Origin: Eremomyces bilateralis CBS 781.70
Taxonomy: Eukaryota
Reading direction: 5' to 3' (one strand)
Length of the DNA stretch: 64,000 bases
NCBI GenBank assembly: GCA_010015585.1
Contig: ML975152.1
Positions 51,759 to 64,000 of this stretch are shown in pieces (position 1 is the first letter of the stretch; each line of letters starts with the position of its first letter). Both the position numbers and the translations under genes were made by a program. The notes beneath the pieces are model-generated. The model saw nothing but the letters and a program-made list of their open reading frames with translations. It ran no database searches and was not told the origin of the DNA.

Positions 51759-52027
51759 GATCGCTTATGTGTGCAATGAATTGGATGGGGTCTGGAAGTG
51801 GATCATCTCGGAAAGATTGTAGTGGTAAGGGAAGAGTTGATCAAATCGCCAAAGTAGTTTCATCACTCATGGCATGATGCAACCAGGACAAGCTCCGAGG
51901 GTCTCACGTATTAAGGTCATTCATGTCGGGTTATGATCGCTGCCAAGCCATCGATACCCAAAGCCGCCCAGAACCACACTGATTAGTTCCTTATAGTTTT
52001 AGTAGCTCAATCATTAACATATAACCA

Positions 52028-52116
52028 GCTCGCTTAGCTCAGTTGGTTAGAGCGTCGTACTAATATTTCTACAATATGCAATGCGAAGGTCGCCAGTTCG
52101 ACCCTGGTAGTGAGCA
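52028..52116 (+). tRNA. tRNA-Ile(AAT) with 15-nt intron
   Basis: Acceptor GCTCGCT/AGTGAGC; D arm GCTC-AGTTGGTTA-GAGC; anticodon stem TCGTA/TGCGA with CT-AAT-A; intron 52066-52080; T arm GCCAG-TTCGACC-CTGGT; oligo-T Pol III terminator immediately downstream. Confidence 0.93.
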
Positions 52117-52518
52117 TCTTTTTTGCCCTTTTTGCCTCCGGTCCTTTTTTTATTTCGGCTTAATAACCCCTAAACGTGGATCACGTCAAGTCCTTGGATA
52201 ATTGCGATTGTGAGGGCTGCACAGGTGGCTTTGGGTCAATATTTCGTGGCACCTGCTGCTATCAGACGACAACAAAAATACAGGAGACGTTGGTGATACT
52301 GGTACTGGCTGCATTATGAGAACTGCTTGAGTCAGACCTTCTTACTGTCATCTAGCAATGTTATTCTCTGACTCCGTTGATTATAATTCTCATCGATAAA
52401 CATCATACGTACCTCATCCTTTATCAGAGTTTAAATACCCAGACCCCTTCCAATAAAGCATTTAATATTGTTTACGGTTTCCATAAACCAACGATTTCCA
52501 GATATACCTGCTGAAGCC

Positions 52519-53752
52519 ATGTGCAGATTTCTGGTAGGAAGAATCTATTAAATTACCCTTTGTTCAGGGCTAATTCGTGGATTAGGTCTACACAGGGCGG
52601 GATGAGATACTTCTGTCAAAATTAATTCTTGATCCGGCCCATTCGATCCTCACCCAGTCTTTTGATTGCCGACTGAGGCTTGTAAGCCGGAGTTCCATGT
52701 CACTACTCACCTGGAATGCTACTGACCTATACTTAGGATCACCGGAGGCCTCACAATGGCGACGGCTTTGGGGTGGGATACTACACTCAACCAGCCCTAG
52801 GTTCTGAACCATGCATTTTCACCTCGACAATACCCGCATGGAATTGTCTGAATCTCGAGCGTCTGGCCTCCAAGACGACGTCATCGTTGATCTTTGCGCA
52901 TGTTCGCGCCACGACGGAGGGCAACCTATCCGACCAAAACTGCCATCCCTTCCGGTACGGCTCGCTGATGTTCATGCATAATGGCGGCATTGGGGGCTGG
53001 CGGCATATCAAACGGAAGCTCGCCGAATCCGTGGGAGACGACTGGTACAATTGCGTGCAGGGCTCGACGGACAGCGAGTGGGCGTTTGCCGTGCTGCTCG
53101 ACAGCATGGATAGGATGGGATACAGCCCCAATGTGGAGCCGGGTCCGGAGGGGTACGGTCACACCGTGCTCCGAAAGGCGGTCTTGCGAACGATTCAGCG
53201 GATCAACGAGATGACAGCCCAAGTCGAGGGCGATGACACTCGGAGCCTGCTGAACTTTGCTATTACCGATGGGCATAGCGTGGTCTGCTCTCGCTATGTG
53301 AGCAGTGGGACTGACGAGGCCGCAAGCTTATTCTTCTCATCCGGCACGAGTTGGAAGCGCCAACAAAGCCAAGAGTTTCCTGATGGAGAAAAGGGCGATT
53401 ACAAAATGGAGCGAAGAGATAAAGGCGGCGATATCGTGCTTGTTGCAAGTGAGCCTCTCACTTTCGAAAGAGGTACGAACATCCAAGACTGGTGTTTTGG
53501 GGGCATCAATGCTAAATGACGGCAGACAATTGGGTCACGGTTCCAACCAATTCGACCCTGACCATACACAAACAGACTGTGATGATCCATCCGATCATTG
53601 ACGAATTCTACAATCAGAACCCATCACATGCGAGGTCACATCAGTTCGCCCAAACGAAAGGGCAGACAATCGCCGATAAGGATATCGTGAGCGAGCAAAA
53701 TGGACAGCCGGATCGTGCAATGGCGGAACCTCAAGACATTCGTGTGGCGTGA
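52519..53752 (+). CDS. DUG3: Class II (Ntn) glutamine amidotransferase, glutathione degradation Dug3, 4 exons
   Basis: Spliced MCRFLVYTG..PAHSILTQSFD.RLRLDHRRPHNGDGFGVGYY, IFAHVRATT, NCHPF, FMHNG, GSTDSEWAF, LVASEPLTFE. Confidence 0.93.
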
Positions 53753-54780
53753 GAACAATGCCGCTGCTTAGATAGTCACCCTCGATATTTGGGAGTATAG
53801 GTTTGGGCAACCCAGACGGCGTCGAGAACAGGACAAGTTGGAACAAGTGTTGGTATATTTATGCGGATAGACTGCAGAAGGTCTATTTTATGATATTGTA
53901 CACGGCGCTGCAGGACGAATAACCGCATGATCTGTACAACTGGAGAGAAAGTATCAGGCGTTTCGGTTTGCATCTCAAGGTCTGATGACCCTCAGACCAT
54001 CTTTCGTCGGAGTCGCGGCACGTTTAAACGACTAGATATCATATCAGCGGTGTCCCTTCTAGCCCTTATAATAGAGTCATACATTGTCACATTCTTCGTA
54101 CGCTCGCCCGGCACCGAACCCCAGCCCCGTCCAAACGGGCCATGACCGGCGTCGAAACAGGAGGAATGAGAAGACAATGCCGAAGCCAGCACCGATGCTC
54201 GACCGGATGAGCAGCGAGGAAAGGCAGCGGTCCCACTGCCGAGAATTAGCGACTGCACTTAACCATTGAGGAATCGGTGGATTAGAGATCGCACCTTATC
54301 ATTTAGCAATGCTTCACTCAACGGACGGGAAACCGTCGTTGGTGGGGAGGAAGGAGTGGTCGAAGGTTTGTCGGCCATGGCGGTAGTCGTGGATAGTACG
54401 TCGGTTGTTGATGGATCGATGCAAACTTGAGGGAACGCGAAGGTTGATGAGCCAGGTAGCCTTCGGTCCGAGATGTCAAAAGGCGCACATGTACTCCGTA
54501 ATGATGAGTAGCTTTGCAGAACAAACTTGACACTTTGGATCGGATGTTGATATTACGACGTCGAAGTCACTTCGTCGCATACCAGAACTGTGAACATGGA
54601 TGTGAAGGTGGTCCGAGCTCCCTAAATTTTCCAATATTCAAGACTCCAAATTCCAGATGTCCAGTTATTGTGAATCAGATACTTGCACTGTAACTACCGG
54701 TAGAATACCGTATACATATCTGTGGCCATTGTACTGGTTAGACGGGCCGTGGAAGCTCGTAGGTGCAGCTGGGCATCCCA

Positions 54781-57700
54781 ATGGCCGCCGTAAAAGAGGT
54801 AATGATATTAATCTTCATACCAAACCAAGGCTAATATCATGATTTCAGTCCCAGAGGGAACCCTCGCTCCCGAAATTGCTGTCTCTCGATTCCACATACG
54901 ACACCTTCGAAGACCGATTGAACGCGGCCTCAGTCATCGCCGGGGTTGCCAGCAAAGGCCCAAACTCGAAGTCAACTTCCCATGCAATCCAAGTCGCAAG
55001 AGCCGAGTGGGTGCTGCGATGGCTCCTAGAACGATTAGGCTCCGATGGTTCCCAAAGCGCCGAGGCGCGCGCAAAACCGGAGTCGTTCAATCTGGTAGCG
55101 CAGCTCATACACGGACTGCCGATCGCCGTGTCCGCCCGGGTGCTGAAATCCAGAAAGATCCTCTTCATTGTCGAGAAAACTTTGGAAGAGGCGAATGCTG
55201 CCGGCGGCCGGGTCGTTCAATACTCAAATACGTCAGGTGGCGCTGAGACTGTCTCTGATACGACCGAGTCAAAGCACTCCAAGGGTGTGGCTGTTGGGAA
55301 GAAGCGCAAGAATGCGGAATCGCCAGGCCGTCCTTCAAAGCGGGCGCGCAATACCGGTCTCCCTGATCCCTCCCAACTTCACCAAGCGTTGACGTCCCTG
55401 CTTCAAACCATCATCGGCGCTGCAGAAGCGGAAAGAGCCAACATTCCCGTATCAGCGGAGTACCTTAGCTCCGTCTTCCAGACCGACGTCGTTCACGCCG
55501 CGCAGTTGCTCGGCTTGTGGCTCTCGCTTACGGCGCAGATCCTACGAGCATCGGACGTGAAGGTCTCGCTGGGCCCTGTTTTGCGGATCTGGAAATCTAG
55601 AGTCATCGCTAGTGGCAAAGGAGACCAAACGGAGTTGGAATTTTCGTCCCGCTGCCTCGTCCCTGCTTCCGCTTTGCTGTCCTGTGCGAAGGCCATGCAG
55701 GCCGTCCGCAGTGACTCTCCTTCTCGAACAAACCTCTCCAATATCGAGCATCAAATGGAAGGACTGCTCATAAAACACGTCGTCTTCCCGACGTTTCGAG
55801 CTTTCGAGGCTGACCCGGGCCGTGTTGACGGCAAAAGCGCAGAACGACGCGAAGCCCCTTATCTTCGCTCCCTGCTTGGACCGCTCAAAGACTATCTTGG
55901 ATCAGTGTCCTCAAATAGAGAAAGTTTGGGAAGCGATGGCCAAGCGTACGAGCTGGCGACCTCCATTTTTTACATTGCCATCCGAGCCACACCCTTGATC
56001 ACTCCTCAGCAAAGGCTAAAGCATGCTCCATGGCTTCGGGCCGTGTTCTCTGAGCTAGCTGATTGCTGTGGTGCCAATCTATACCAGTCTCCATCTCCAA
56101 AATCGACGACAGTATCCGCTGAGGCGTTAGAGCAGCTCCTGAGGGCCGCGAAACAGGAATCCCTGACTCTGCTCCCCGAAGATCTGATGAGCGCTGCCGC
56201 ATCCTTTTCGAATTTGCTTGACGACTCCAAGGAAGTACGCTGGAGTCTTGTGGCGGCGGTTCTCCAAATCAATCCTGCTTTCCTGTTTCACGCAGCCAAC
56301 ATTCCCAGTCTCGCTGACGGGTTGCCCCAAACGTTGCGAATGTCAATATTCAAGAGGCTTGCCTCTCTTGAATTAGATGACGAGTCTATCAATAGTAGGA
56401 TTGATATTCCGTCACCGGGCTCCGCTTCAGTCAATTTTGTCGACGAAATTGTCATTCCTCTGGTTTCTGCATACGTGTCTGCTAGACAACCTGCCGAATT
56501 CATCTCAGAGTGGTTCCAGCAACTACACGAAAGTTGGCCATCGAAGAGCGGCGGTATTGACGGCCAGAACACGTGGCAATTGAAGGCTATGGGTAATGCC
56601 GTTGGTCTCACTGTTGTCGGCTCGCTTACAATGGGGGAAGTGGTGTCTCTCCTCGAAACCTATGTCGCCACGCTGCGTCAGGACTTCAAGGACTGGCAAT
56701 CCGACGTCTCTCAAGGCGGTAGAGCTTTTGCTGGGCTGGTGGTTCTTCACGGCCTCCTTCGCGGAGTACAGTCGGACGATGTTGCCGACGCCCTAAAATC
56801 GCAATTCGACGAGATCCACCTGATGCTCCTTCGAATTAAAAGCGATATCTCCGAGCAAACCGTCGGTCTCCTGCGTCCGGCCTTTCGGTTGCTAAGTTGC
56901 GTTCAAGACATTGCGGTTTCCTCCTTAGACGCGTCTGAAAGTCGTCAGAGACTCGAACCGTTCTGGAATTCCAGCTTGCTGAAATGCATCCAGTCGGGGC
57001 TCAAGCCCACGAATTTCGAAGCTCGGTATCGTCTGGTGGAGTCGTGCCTTCCGGAAATCGTTTGCCTGCTCGCACAATTCTCCTCAGCATCCGACGCGAT
57101 CCCTGAGTTTGAGGATTGTTCCGTCAAGGCGATCGATAGCGCTGCTACTGCAATCTGCAAAGTCTTTGACAAGCATAGCCTGGACAATACCACAGGCGAA
57201 GATCGAAAAACGAAAGCGACTCAAGCTCCGCTCTCGACCCTGCTGCTCTATCCCGAGGGATTCTCGATCATCCCATCAAACACAAGAACGACGCTATTCA
57301 AAAAGTTGATACACGCAGCCTCAGCTGCAGAAGTCCACCAAGACCATGACGCTCCGCATGGAAATATCGCCAGTTTCCAACCGACCCTTTCTTCCTTGGC
57401 GAAGTATCTGTGTGAAGCCGGCCCGAGTACCGCCAGAGACGAGCTTCTAGGGGAGGTTCTAAGGGATCTCGAACGGAAAACAAAACATAAAGGAGGTCGC
57501 GGCCACAGTGTTTCCAATGTTCCCATATCTACATATCTTCACCTGTTCCCGCGAACCATTCCGCGCCGACACCGAGAAGCTGTGATAGATTGTCTCGTGA
57601 ACAAGTTACAGGACAAGAAGATGGACAATCGATCGATCGGCAGGATTCTTGGCGTCCTAGTTCGATTGATGGCCGTGCCAAACCCTACTTCGAAGCTGCT

Positions 57701-58940
57701 GACAGACCTACGCGCTTGGGATTCGATCATGGCTGGATTGAAAACGCGCGGGCTGTTAGAAGATCCTCTTATATCATCGCTCGTCAACGAGCTTTTTCAA
57801 CTGGCCACGGCCCAAAGCTCGTACTTGAAAGAAAAGGTTCAGGACTCTTTCGTGGCCAGCCTGAGCAAGGCCTATCACGCGCATGGACAGCCGAAGCGCC
57901 AGTCTCAGAACATCGACTCTTCGACTGTCACGTCCGCTGCATATCTTTGTGAGATGCTTTCTCAGGGAGATGTGCGAGCCCAGCACGACACCCTTCAATC
58001 CGCTCGAAAGCAGCTCGCCGAACTGGATGTGGCGACTCTGTCCGGCTTGGCTTCTCAGCTCTCCGCAATTTCGAAAAAAGCACGATTTGCTTCTGAAGCA
58101 ATACAGGTGCTAGACATCGTTGCAGAGAGTATCACGGAACGGAAGAGCGAGGATGACGTCCTCAAAAGGCTGCTCCTCGATGCCTGCATCCAACTAGGCA
58201 ACACTGACGATGTCCGGATGTTCGGTCGACTGTCATCGTTCATCGTTGTTTCGTTGAAGGATAGGCCGGCCATGATGTCGCAATGGAGCAGCGAATGCCT
58301 ATTGTCTTCCCTTGCGAATGTTGCCACCGGTCGAAGCACCTTTTCCCCCGAAGACAGCAGCACCATCTTCCGTCGCCTATGCGCGTTAGGATTAGCCCTT
58401 GTCGCCTTCCACCGCCAGCGCCAGCGCGGCCGACTCCATCTCCTCCTCCCCTTCCTCCAGTCACTCCTCTCCTGGCTCTTCATCGTCGACCACCGCACCG
58501 GCCCCTTCCTCGACCGCCCCTCCTGGGTCCCAAACGGCCCCCTCCATCTCACCCCCGCCGACGCCGCCGCCTATTCCCGCCTCCTTACCACCTTCTGCTC
58601 CCCTACCGTCTCCTCTGTCCAACGCCACCACCGGAAGACCCGCGACGACCACGAGGCCCATCTAGTCGACGAGACCAAACGCGCCAAAGACTACGCCGGG
58701 CAGTATGTGCATCACATTGTCATGCAGTTCTGCCGGGACGCGCTGGACGCGCGCCTCGGCCCGGCCGTGCGGGACGCGTTGATCCCTGGGATTTTCGCGG
58801 CGATCGATATCGTCCCCGCCAGCACACTGAAAGCCATGAACGATGAGATGGATTCGACGGGGCGGGCGATCTGGCACAGCTTGTATGATGAGTGGAGACG
58901 GGTGAGTGGGGGACGGGGGAAGTTGGATAGGAATGATTGA
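54781..58940 (+). CDS. URB2: Nucleolar pre-ribosome factor Urb2/Npa2-like protein
   Basis: Micro-exon ATGGCCGCC plus intron 54790-54848 joins a 1354-aa ORF. N-terminal EWVLRWLL; C-terminal GRLHLLLPFLQSLL..AAAYSRLLTTFC..ALIPGIFAAID..GRAIWHSLYDEW is typical of Urb2. Confidence 0.8.
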
Positions 58941-59750
58941 TAGCATCGCCGGCTCATTAGCGGTTTGGCTACCATGATATTCCACGTTTTGGAGTGGAGC
59001 TCGCGCGCAGTCAATCTTGTGTCTCCATGTCCTGAATAACATGTAGCACTAAGTAGCGCTCAGTCAAGCAAAGCATATCATAACATCCACCTTATAATTT
59101 TCAAGTACAGTGAGGCTTAGGTACACCACCCACATGGCCACCTTTCGCTCCTAGATCTCTCCAGCCCATGTCTGGCAGACAGCGTTGTAGCATCCACCAT
59201 GGGCAACGAATCATCAACCCCCATCACCGATAGGCATGCTGCGACACAAGGTATTATCTTCCCCTTAGCCGCCAGAAAAGATGAGGATGCTTCCGACCCC
59301 TCTAGACTTGAACTGGTGCCGTCACGAAGCCTCAACACCAGGGCTCCATACATACCGTCGGGGCTCCGGTCGGCGTGTACAATTCGTACGCGGATATTCC
59401 ATCGGCCCCCTGAGTAGGCAAGCAGTATGCCCTTCGGTCTCCAATTTTTCGGATGCCTGGGAGATTATTCGCCCTGTGACTAACCAGGGGGATAGATAGC
59501 ACATACCTTCCTTATCAAGATGAACACTGAGCTGTGACGAAACAATGCACATATCTAGTCCCTCATAGGCACCAAACAGGCGACCAAAGAAAGAACTTAT
59601 AATATATAGTCATCCAGGTTCGAGAAATTGGATGAGAAAGGCCCGGCTGGGAGAGTAGAAGGAGACGCCCCGGCATACGACCGCGAATACGTACCGCGCC
59701 TGACGTGTGCCCGGGTGAATGACTCAATCTCGAAGGTCGACCCATCAATT

Positions 59751-60599
59751 CTATCCAAAATTGATATGCCTACCCATCGCGACCGAGCCGCCCAGGAATT
59801 TGCATAGAGCATACCCAATATATGCACCGGTAACGATCGTCACCGGCCATTTCTGCCACTCTCGATCCCTATCATCGGGAAGTTAGAAACCGGTCCGGAC
59901 ACTTCGTGCATCGTAGGCTTAACATACCAGTCCAAAGGTATCGGGATTGCCCCAAGCCATGCCCCGATGAAGACCCCCAGGGAGCCTCCCACCACCTCAT
60001 CAACGGGCACGAGGAGCCCTGAGAGTTCGCGCCATTTGGCGGCATTAACTCCATGCGTGTATACCAAAGGCTGAATTGCCAGCAGCGACATATGGCAGGC
60101 GCAGAGAAAGGTATGCGGCAGATGCGTGGTGATCGGAGCGCCGAACAGGATGAGGACGATGGTGAGGAGAACGGGGCCTAAGACCATGGCGAGCGTAAGG
60201 GCGAGAAGGGAAGTCTACCCCACGTCAGCGGCATATCACCACCGTGTGAGCCATCCTTACAGCAAGATTCGTCGCATATCCTCCCGTCTGCTTCGCCCCC
60301 CCTTTTTTCTTCAAGCCCGCTTTCGTCGCTTTTGGCGCCGGCATATACGACGACGTCCCCGTGGGCGGGAGGCAGATCGTCGTGTACGTGACTTGCAGCA
60401 GCGCCAGCGGGAGCAGCGACATGGCCAGCGCGGAGATCGGGTCGGCCACGATGCTTGGGAATTGGAGAAGGTAGCTGCTGAGCAGGATTGCGGGATGGAG
60501 GTGGGTGAAGACGCGCGCCGCAGAGGTTTCCAGTAGGGGGATAGGTCGAGGCTTGGGGGAGGGCTTGGGTGCCGGCTGCGATATTGGGTTGCGCTCCAT
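59751..60599 (-). CDS. GPI11: GPI biosynthesis protein Gpi11/PIG-F, 3 exons
   Basis: [64 protein letters not shown]. Confidence 0.93.
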
Positions 60600-61024
60600 G
60601 GTGGGATCACGAAATCGGGGGGTTCTATGGGATTGATGGGGATGATGGGGATGAGCAATGGTGGATGAAGGGACAATTCTACTCCGTATTGTTGCGAATG
60701 GCCATGTCAACAGATAGAAAGTTATTAGCATCTAAAGCTATCCAGAAACGCAACATATCTAATTATTAGCTAGGGACTTTTAGGGTTCCCAGTATATTGG
60801 AGCTTGGCTGACAGGGACTGGCGTCCTTACAGCCTTGGCAATTATTATCTGAACTTTCTGTATAGTAAAGAGGCGACAGAGGCTGCTACTGCATACCACC
60901 TTGATCAATAATTCTAAAGCCAACAGATGCGCCATCCTCGGCTTGCCTATTCAGTAAATAATGAAATGTCCCTTCGGTCATCGGTGAGTTTGGTCGTGAT
61001 CCGTGGAATTACGCCCTCATCAAC

Positions 61025-61886
61025 ATGAAGTCATTTTTCTTTCCCGCGATACTGCTATTGCCCGTGGCAGTAGCGCAAAACATAGTCACTTTCCCTACAG
61101 ATATCGAAGTTGACCTCGTTGTTCCGCGACCGAACACATCATACCTCGTCCAGTCGCCGTTCCCGCTCATATTCGCGATTCAAAATGCAAAAGTAGCCTG
61201 GGACTTCGGGTTCATATTTCGCTGGGAGTTGTTTGGCAAGACGGCCCTATACGACGACGGACGGACGGGGGGCATCGTCTCTGGCGGAGAACCGCCAGCC
61301 GCCCTCGGACCCGTTCTTCATCGTCAACTCCACCACGATCATCGGAAACTGGCAGGACTACTGGGCGCCTTCGTCTCTGCAGAAAACGACCACGTGGACG
61401 CTGAGCTGGGAGCTGAAACTCAACACCAACTGCACGGAAAAGGACGGTCTGTTGTGGATTGGCGCAGGCTACGTCGCTGCAGAGGGCACCTTTACCTTCA
61501 ATACCTCGGACTCGGGCAACCTGCCGTCCATCCAAGGGGGTGGCGAGTGCCCGACCGCGGCGGGCGTCATTGGAATCGAGGCCAACTTGACGGCGGGCTG
61601 CCCTCATCTGAGCGAGGCGGGTGGCTCCGCCAACCCGTGCGCCGTCGCGTTGGATGATGCTAATATAAGTAGTATATCCGCGCAGCTACCTACGCCTACA
61701 AAAGTTGGAATTTCTACAACCAGTAGAATACCTTCAGCGACGCAATCCGTAGTTACGACAAGGGCACCGAACGGCTCTCCTGCGACAGGCGGCGGGGCGA
61801 CAGCTGGAGCATATCTTTCGAGGGATTCTCTCTTTCTGCTAGTCGTGATTGCTGGAGCGATGGGAGCCGGCATGCTTATGCTGTAG
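61025..61886 (+). pseudogene. Secreted GPI-anchored-type protein gene, frameshifted at an (ACGG)3 tract
   Basis: Frame A has a signal peptide and IEVDLVVPRPNTSY..PFPLIFAIQNA. Frame B has DPFFIVN..WTLSW..C..FTFNT..C..C..NPCAV, an S/T-rich stalk and a hydrophobic tail. Removing one ACGG at 61257-61268 fuses the two. Confidence 0.75.
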
Positions 61887-62934
61887 AGATATGATTTATG
61901 AACTAATATGAAGCAAGGGATGGCATCCGGCAGATGGAGGAAATGGTGACTGGTGATTTGTCTCATCTTGTTTTCTCATTCATTGCGCAAGCTCTACAGA
62001 CCTTGGACAGTCGTTGAGATAGGAACTATAGTAACCAAAACGCTGTTTCCTACCTCGGCCCCCCATCTTTGATTATTCATATTCTCTACTTGCATTCTCG
62101 CATTGTTTCAAACACGAACGCCAACAAACCCTCTCAGTTCTCACCATTCAATCACTCAATCACACGCCGCTGCCTTAACTCCTACTTCGCCATCAACTAA
62201 CACCACCAAAGCGAGTCTATTCCTCTATTTTTTATTGCTAATTGATCCACCGTTGTCAGTTGTATCCTGAAAAATGCGTCAAACGCGGGCTACTTTGCCT
62301 GATATCTCCCTCGCCAAATCAGCTGTTGCCCTCAATGGTCTCCTCCAGCTCTCCAGCTCTCCAGCTCCGCAGCTTTCCGAAAGGCATACCTAAGGTTTCA
62401 CGTGCAGGAATATCACGAGTATACACGCTATCCCCCTTACCTAGGTCCTGGACGCACAATATCCCTCAAAAACATCAAGTAGGAGGAAGATATCGATCTC
62501 TGTGGTCATGTCAACAAAGCGCGCATCTTGGATAACGAATATCAATGCGTGTACAAAGGCATGAATAGACCGATGTACTTTCTACATGACACCGAGGTTC
62601 TCGAGCAAGAGCTGCGAAATTTGGTGGTGTTTCATGGCAGCAAGCGGATCGAGCAGCTATTTGCAGCGGCGGTATCTAGCAGTTCATACCACACCAGGGA
62701 ATCCGGCGCCGCACCTATTCTTCGTGGTATCCTTCTCGAATATCATTCAAACGGTACGCTTCATGATATATTGCAATCCCCGGAACCTTGGATCATCGCC
62801 AGTCCTGGTGGCTACAATGGGCATGGGACATCTCAACGGCTTTGGCATCCGTGCATCAGTTGGGGGTGACGCATATGGATCTAAAACCAAAGAATGTGCT
62901 AATTAGCAAGGAATGGAATGCTCTTGTCATCGAG

Positions 62935-62970
62935 GTTGGGGGCGTTGGGGGCGTTGGGGGCGTTGGGGGC
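62935..62970. repeat. Perfect tandem repeat (GTTGGGGGC)x4
   Basis: Read directly; encodes (VGG)4 within the kinase relic. Confidence 0.9.
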
Positions 62971-63067
62971 ACCGCTGATGAGTGGTTGCTACCAGAACTA
63001 TTTGAGTCGCCGGACAGGTGTTCAGATACCTGGGAATTGCGAGTGTAGAGCTATACGTGGGCACGCA

Positions 63068-63091
63068 GAAGAAGAAGAAGAAGAAGAAGAA
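63068..63091. repeat. (GAA)8 microsatellite
   Basis: Read directly. Confidence 0.9.
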
Positions 63092-63344
63092 GATAGGTTA
63101 CTATTACTTCAGATTGCTCAAAAGGCTGAACAAACCCGTGGCCGGGTCTCTCTCGCCGCCATTTCTGATCGATTCTCCCAAGTCATCTTGGAACAGTAGT
63201 TAGGTTGACAAATTTTGGGAGGCCGGGGTCAAAGAATCCATGCGTTTTATAAATGCTTTTTTTCGGATTCTTTTGCCCATTCGATCCAACAGAAGATACA
63301 GCAGGAAAGCAGGAAAGCACCCTCACAAATTTCCGAAGCGGGAT

Positions 63345-64000
63345 CTAGGCGTACGTTGCAAGATCGTACGGTCCTCCTTTTTCCAACGCCCGTTTGTATG
63401 CCGGCCGATTTATCACTGTGTCGTGCCATTTGGCTAATTTGGGATATTTCTCCAATTTGATGTAGCCTCCGCCAACCGCCTGGTCCATGGGAAAGATCAT
63501 GTTGAGGTCAGCCAAGCCGAGTTTCTTGCCTGAGAACCACGGTCGCTCCTCGGACAGTGCATCATCTAGGATTTGGTAGGAGATAGTCAGATCGTTCATG
63601 AAGTGAAGGCGGATAGGCAGCACCATTAGCAGGGTAAGCTGTCGTAATGGGAAGAATAGCATGGCTGGAATGACTTCGAACGTGACGATGAAGTTGACTT
63701 TGGCCAGTAGAGAGCCATTCGCGAACTCCTGGAAGAAGGTGTCTCGCGCTTTGTCTTCCTCTGACTCCGGGATCCAGATGCCGTCGGTGTAGTGGTCCGA
63801 GATGAACTGGAGGATGAGTCGCGTTTCGGTCAGGACGTTCGGTATGATCTGATATGTGACTTCCGCTTCCCCGTCGACGTGTTCCAGCGTAACTGTGGGC
63901 GACTTTCCGAGCGGAAAGTGTGATTTGAGTACTTTGGTGGTGTCCGCGCCTCTCCGAGGAAGATTCACGATATTGTACTTGATGCCGGCGTCAGCAATCT
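63345..64000 (-). CDS. Glutathione S-transferase (Gtt1-like), 5'-truncated by the window edge
   Basis: IKYNIVNLPR..FPLGKSPTV..LTETRLILQFI, WFSGKKLGLADLNMIFPM, YPKLAKWHDTVINRPAYKRALEKGGPY. Frame is open to the window end. Confidence 0.88.
   Translation of the reverse strand, partial: IADAGIKYNIVNLPRRGADTTKVLKSHFPLGKSPTVTLEHVDGEAEVTYQIIPNVLTETRLILQFISDHYTDGIWIPESEEDKARDTFFQEFANGSLLAKVNFIVTFEVIPAMLFFPLRQLTLLMVLPIRLHFMNDLTISYQILDDALSEERPWFSGKKLGLADLNMIFPMDQAVGGGYIKLEKYPKLAKWHDTVINRPAYKRALEKGGPYDLATYA

Larger units (their letters stand above)
62520..63199 (+). pseudogene. Protein kinase-like pseudogene
   Basis: CVYKG..ELRNL..LRGILLEYHSNGTL, frameshift near 62787, then WAWDISTALASVHQLGVTHMDLKPKNVLI (catalytic loop). 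In-frame TAG at 63046-63048; C-lobe truncated. Confidence 0.8.

Overview
Eukaryotic, intron-containing DNA from a filamentous ascomycete (Pezizomycotina). Introns are short GT-AG type with CTRAC branch sites, so the ORF track is fragmented and I rebuilt the gene models by hand. The window has three zones. (1) ~1-14.9 kb is accessory or decayed: TauD-type sulfonate dioxygenase, ATF/CREB-like bZIP factor, a PIF1-helicase (Helitron-like) relic, a DUF3425 regulator pseudogene next to an aryl-alcohol dehydrogenase, and an HNH-nuclease gene split by an in-frame TGA-CTAG. (2) ~15-60.6 kb is dense core genome: glyoxalase II, TPI1, an eIF4E paralogue, Kre1-like and GH16 cell-wall proteins, Cdc25-type RasGEF, POT1, importin-alpha, PHB1, QCR8, CUL4, MGM1, tRNA-Ile(AAT), DUG3, URB2 and GPI11. 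(3) ~61-64 kb is again accessory: a frameshifted GPI protein, a kinase pseudogene and a partial GST. I found no complete novel multi-gene system that I can support. The best leads are a possible programmed-readthrough HNH gene, an (ACGG)3 slippage tract in a surface-protein gene, a dual-targeted glyoxalase II, and two long structured introns. All family assignments come from motif recognition, not database searches.
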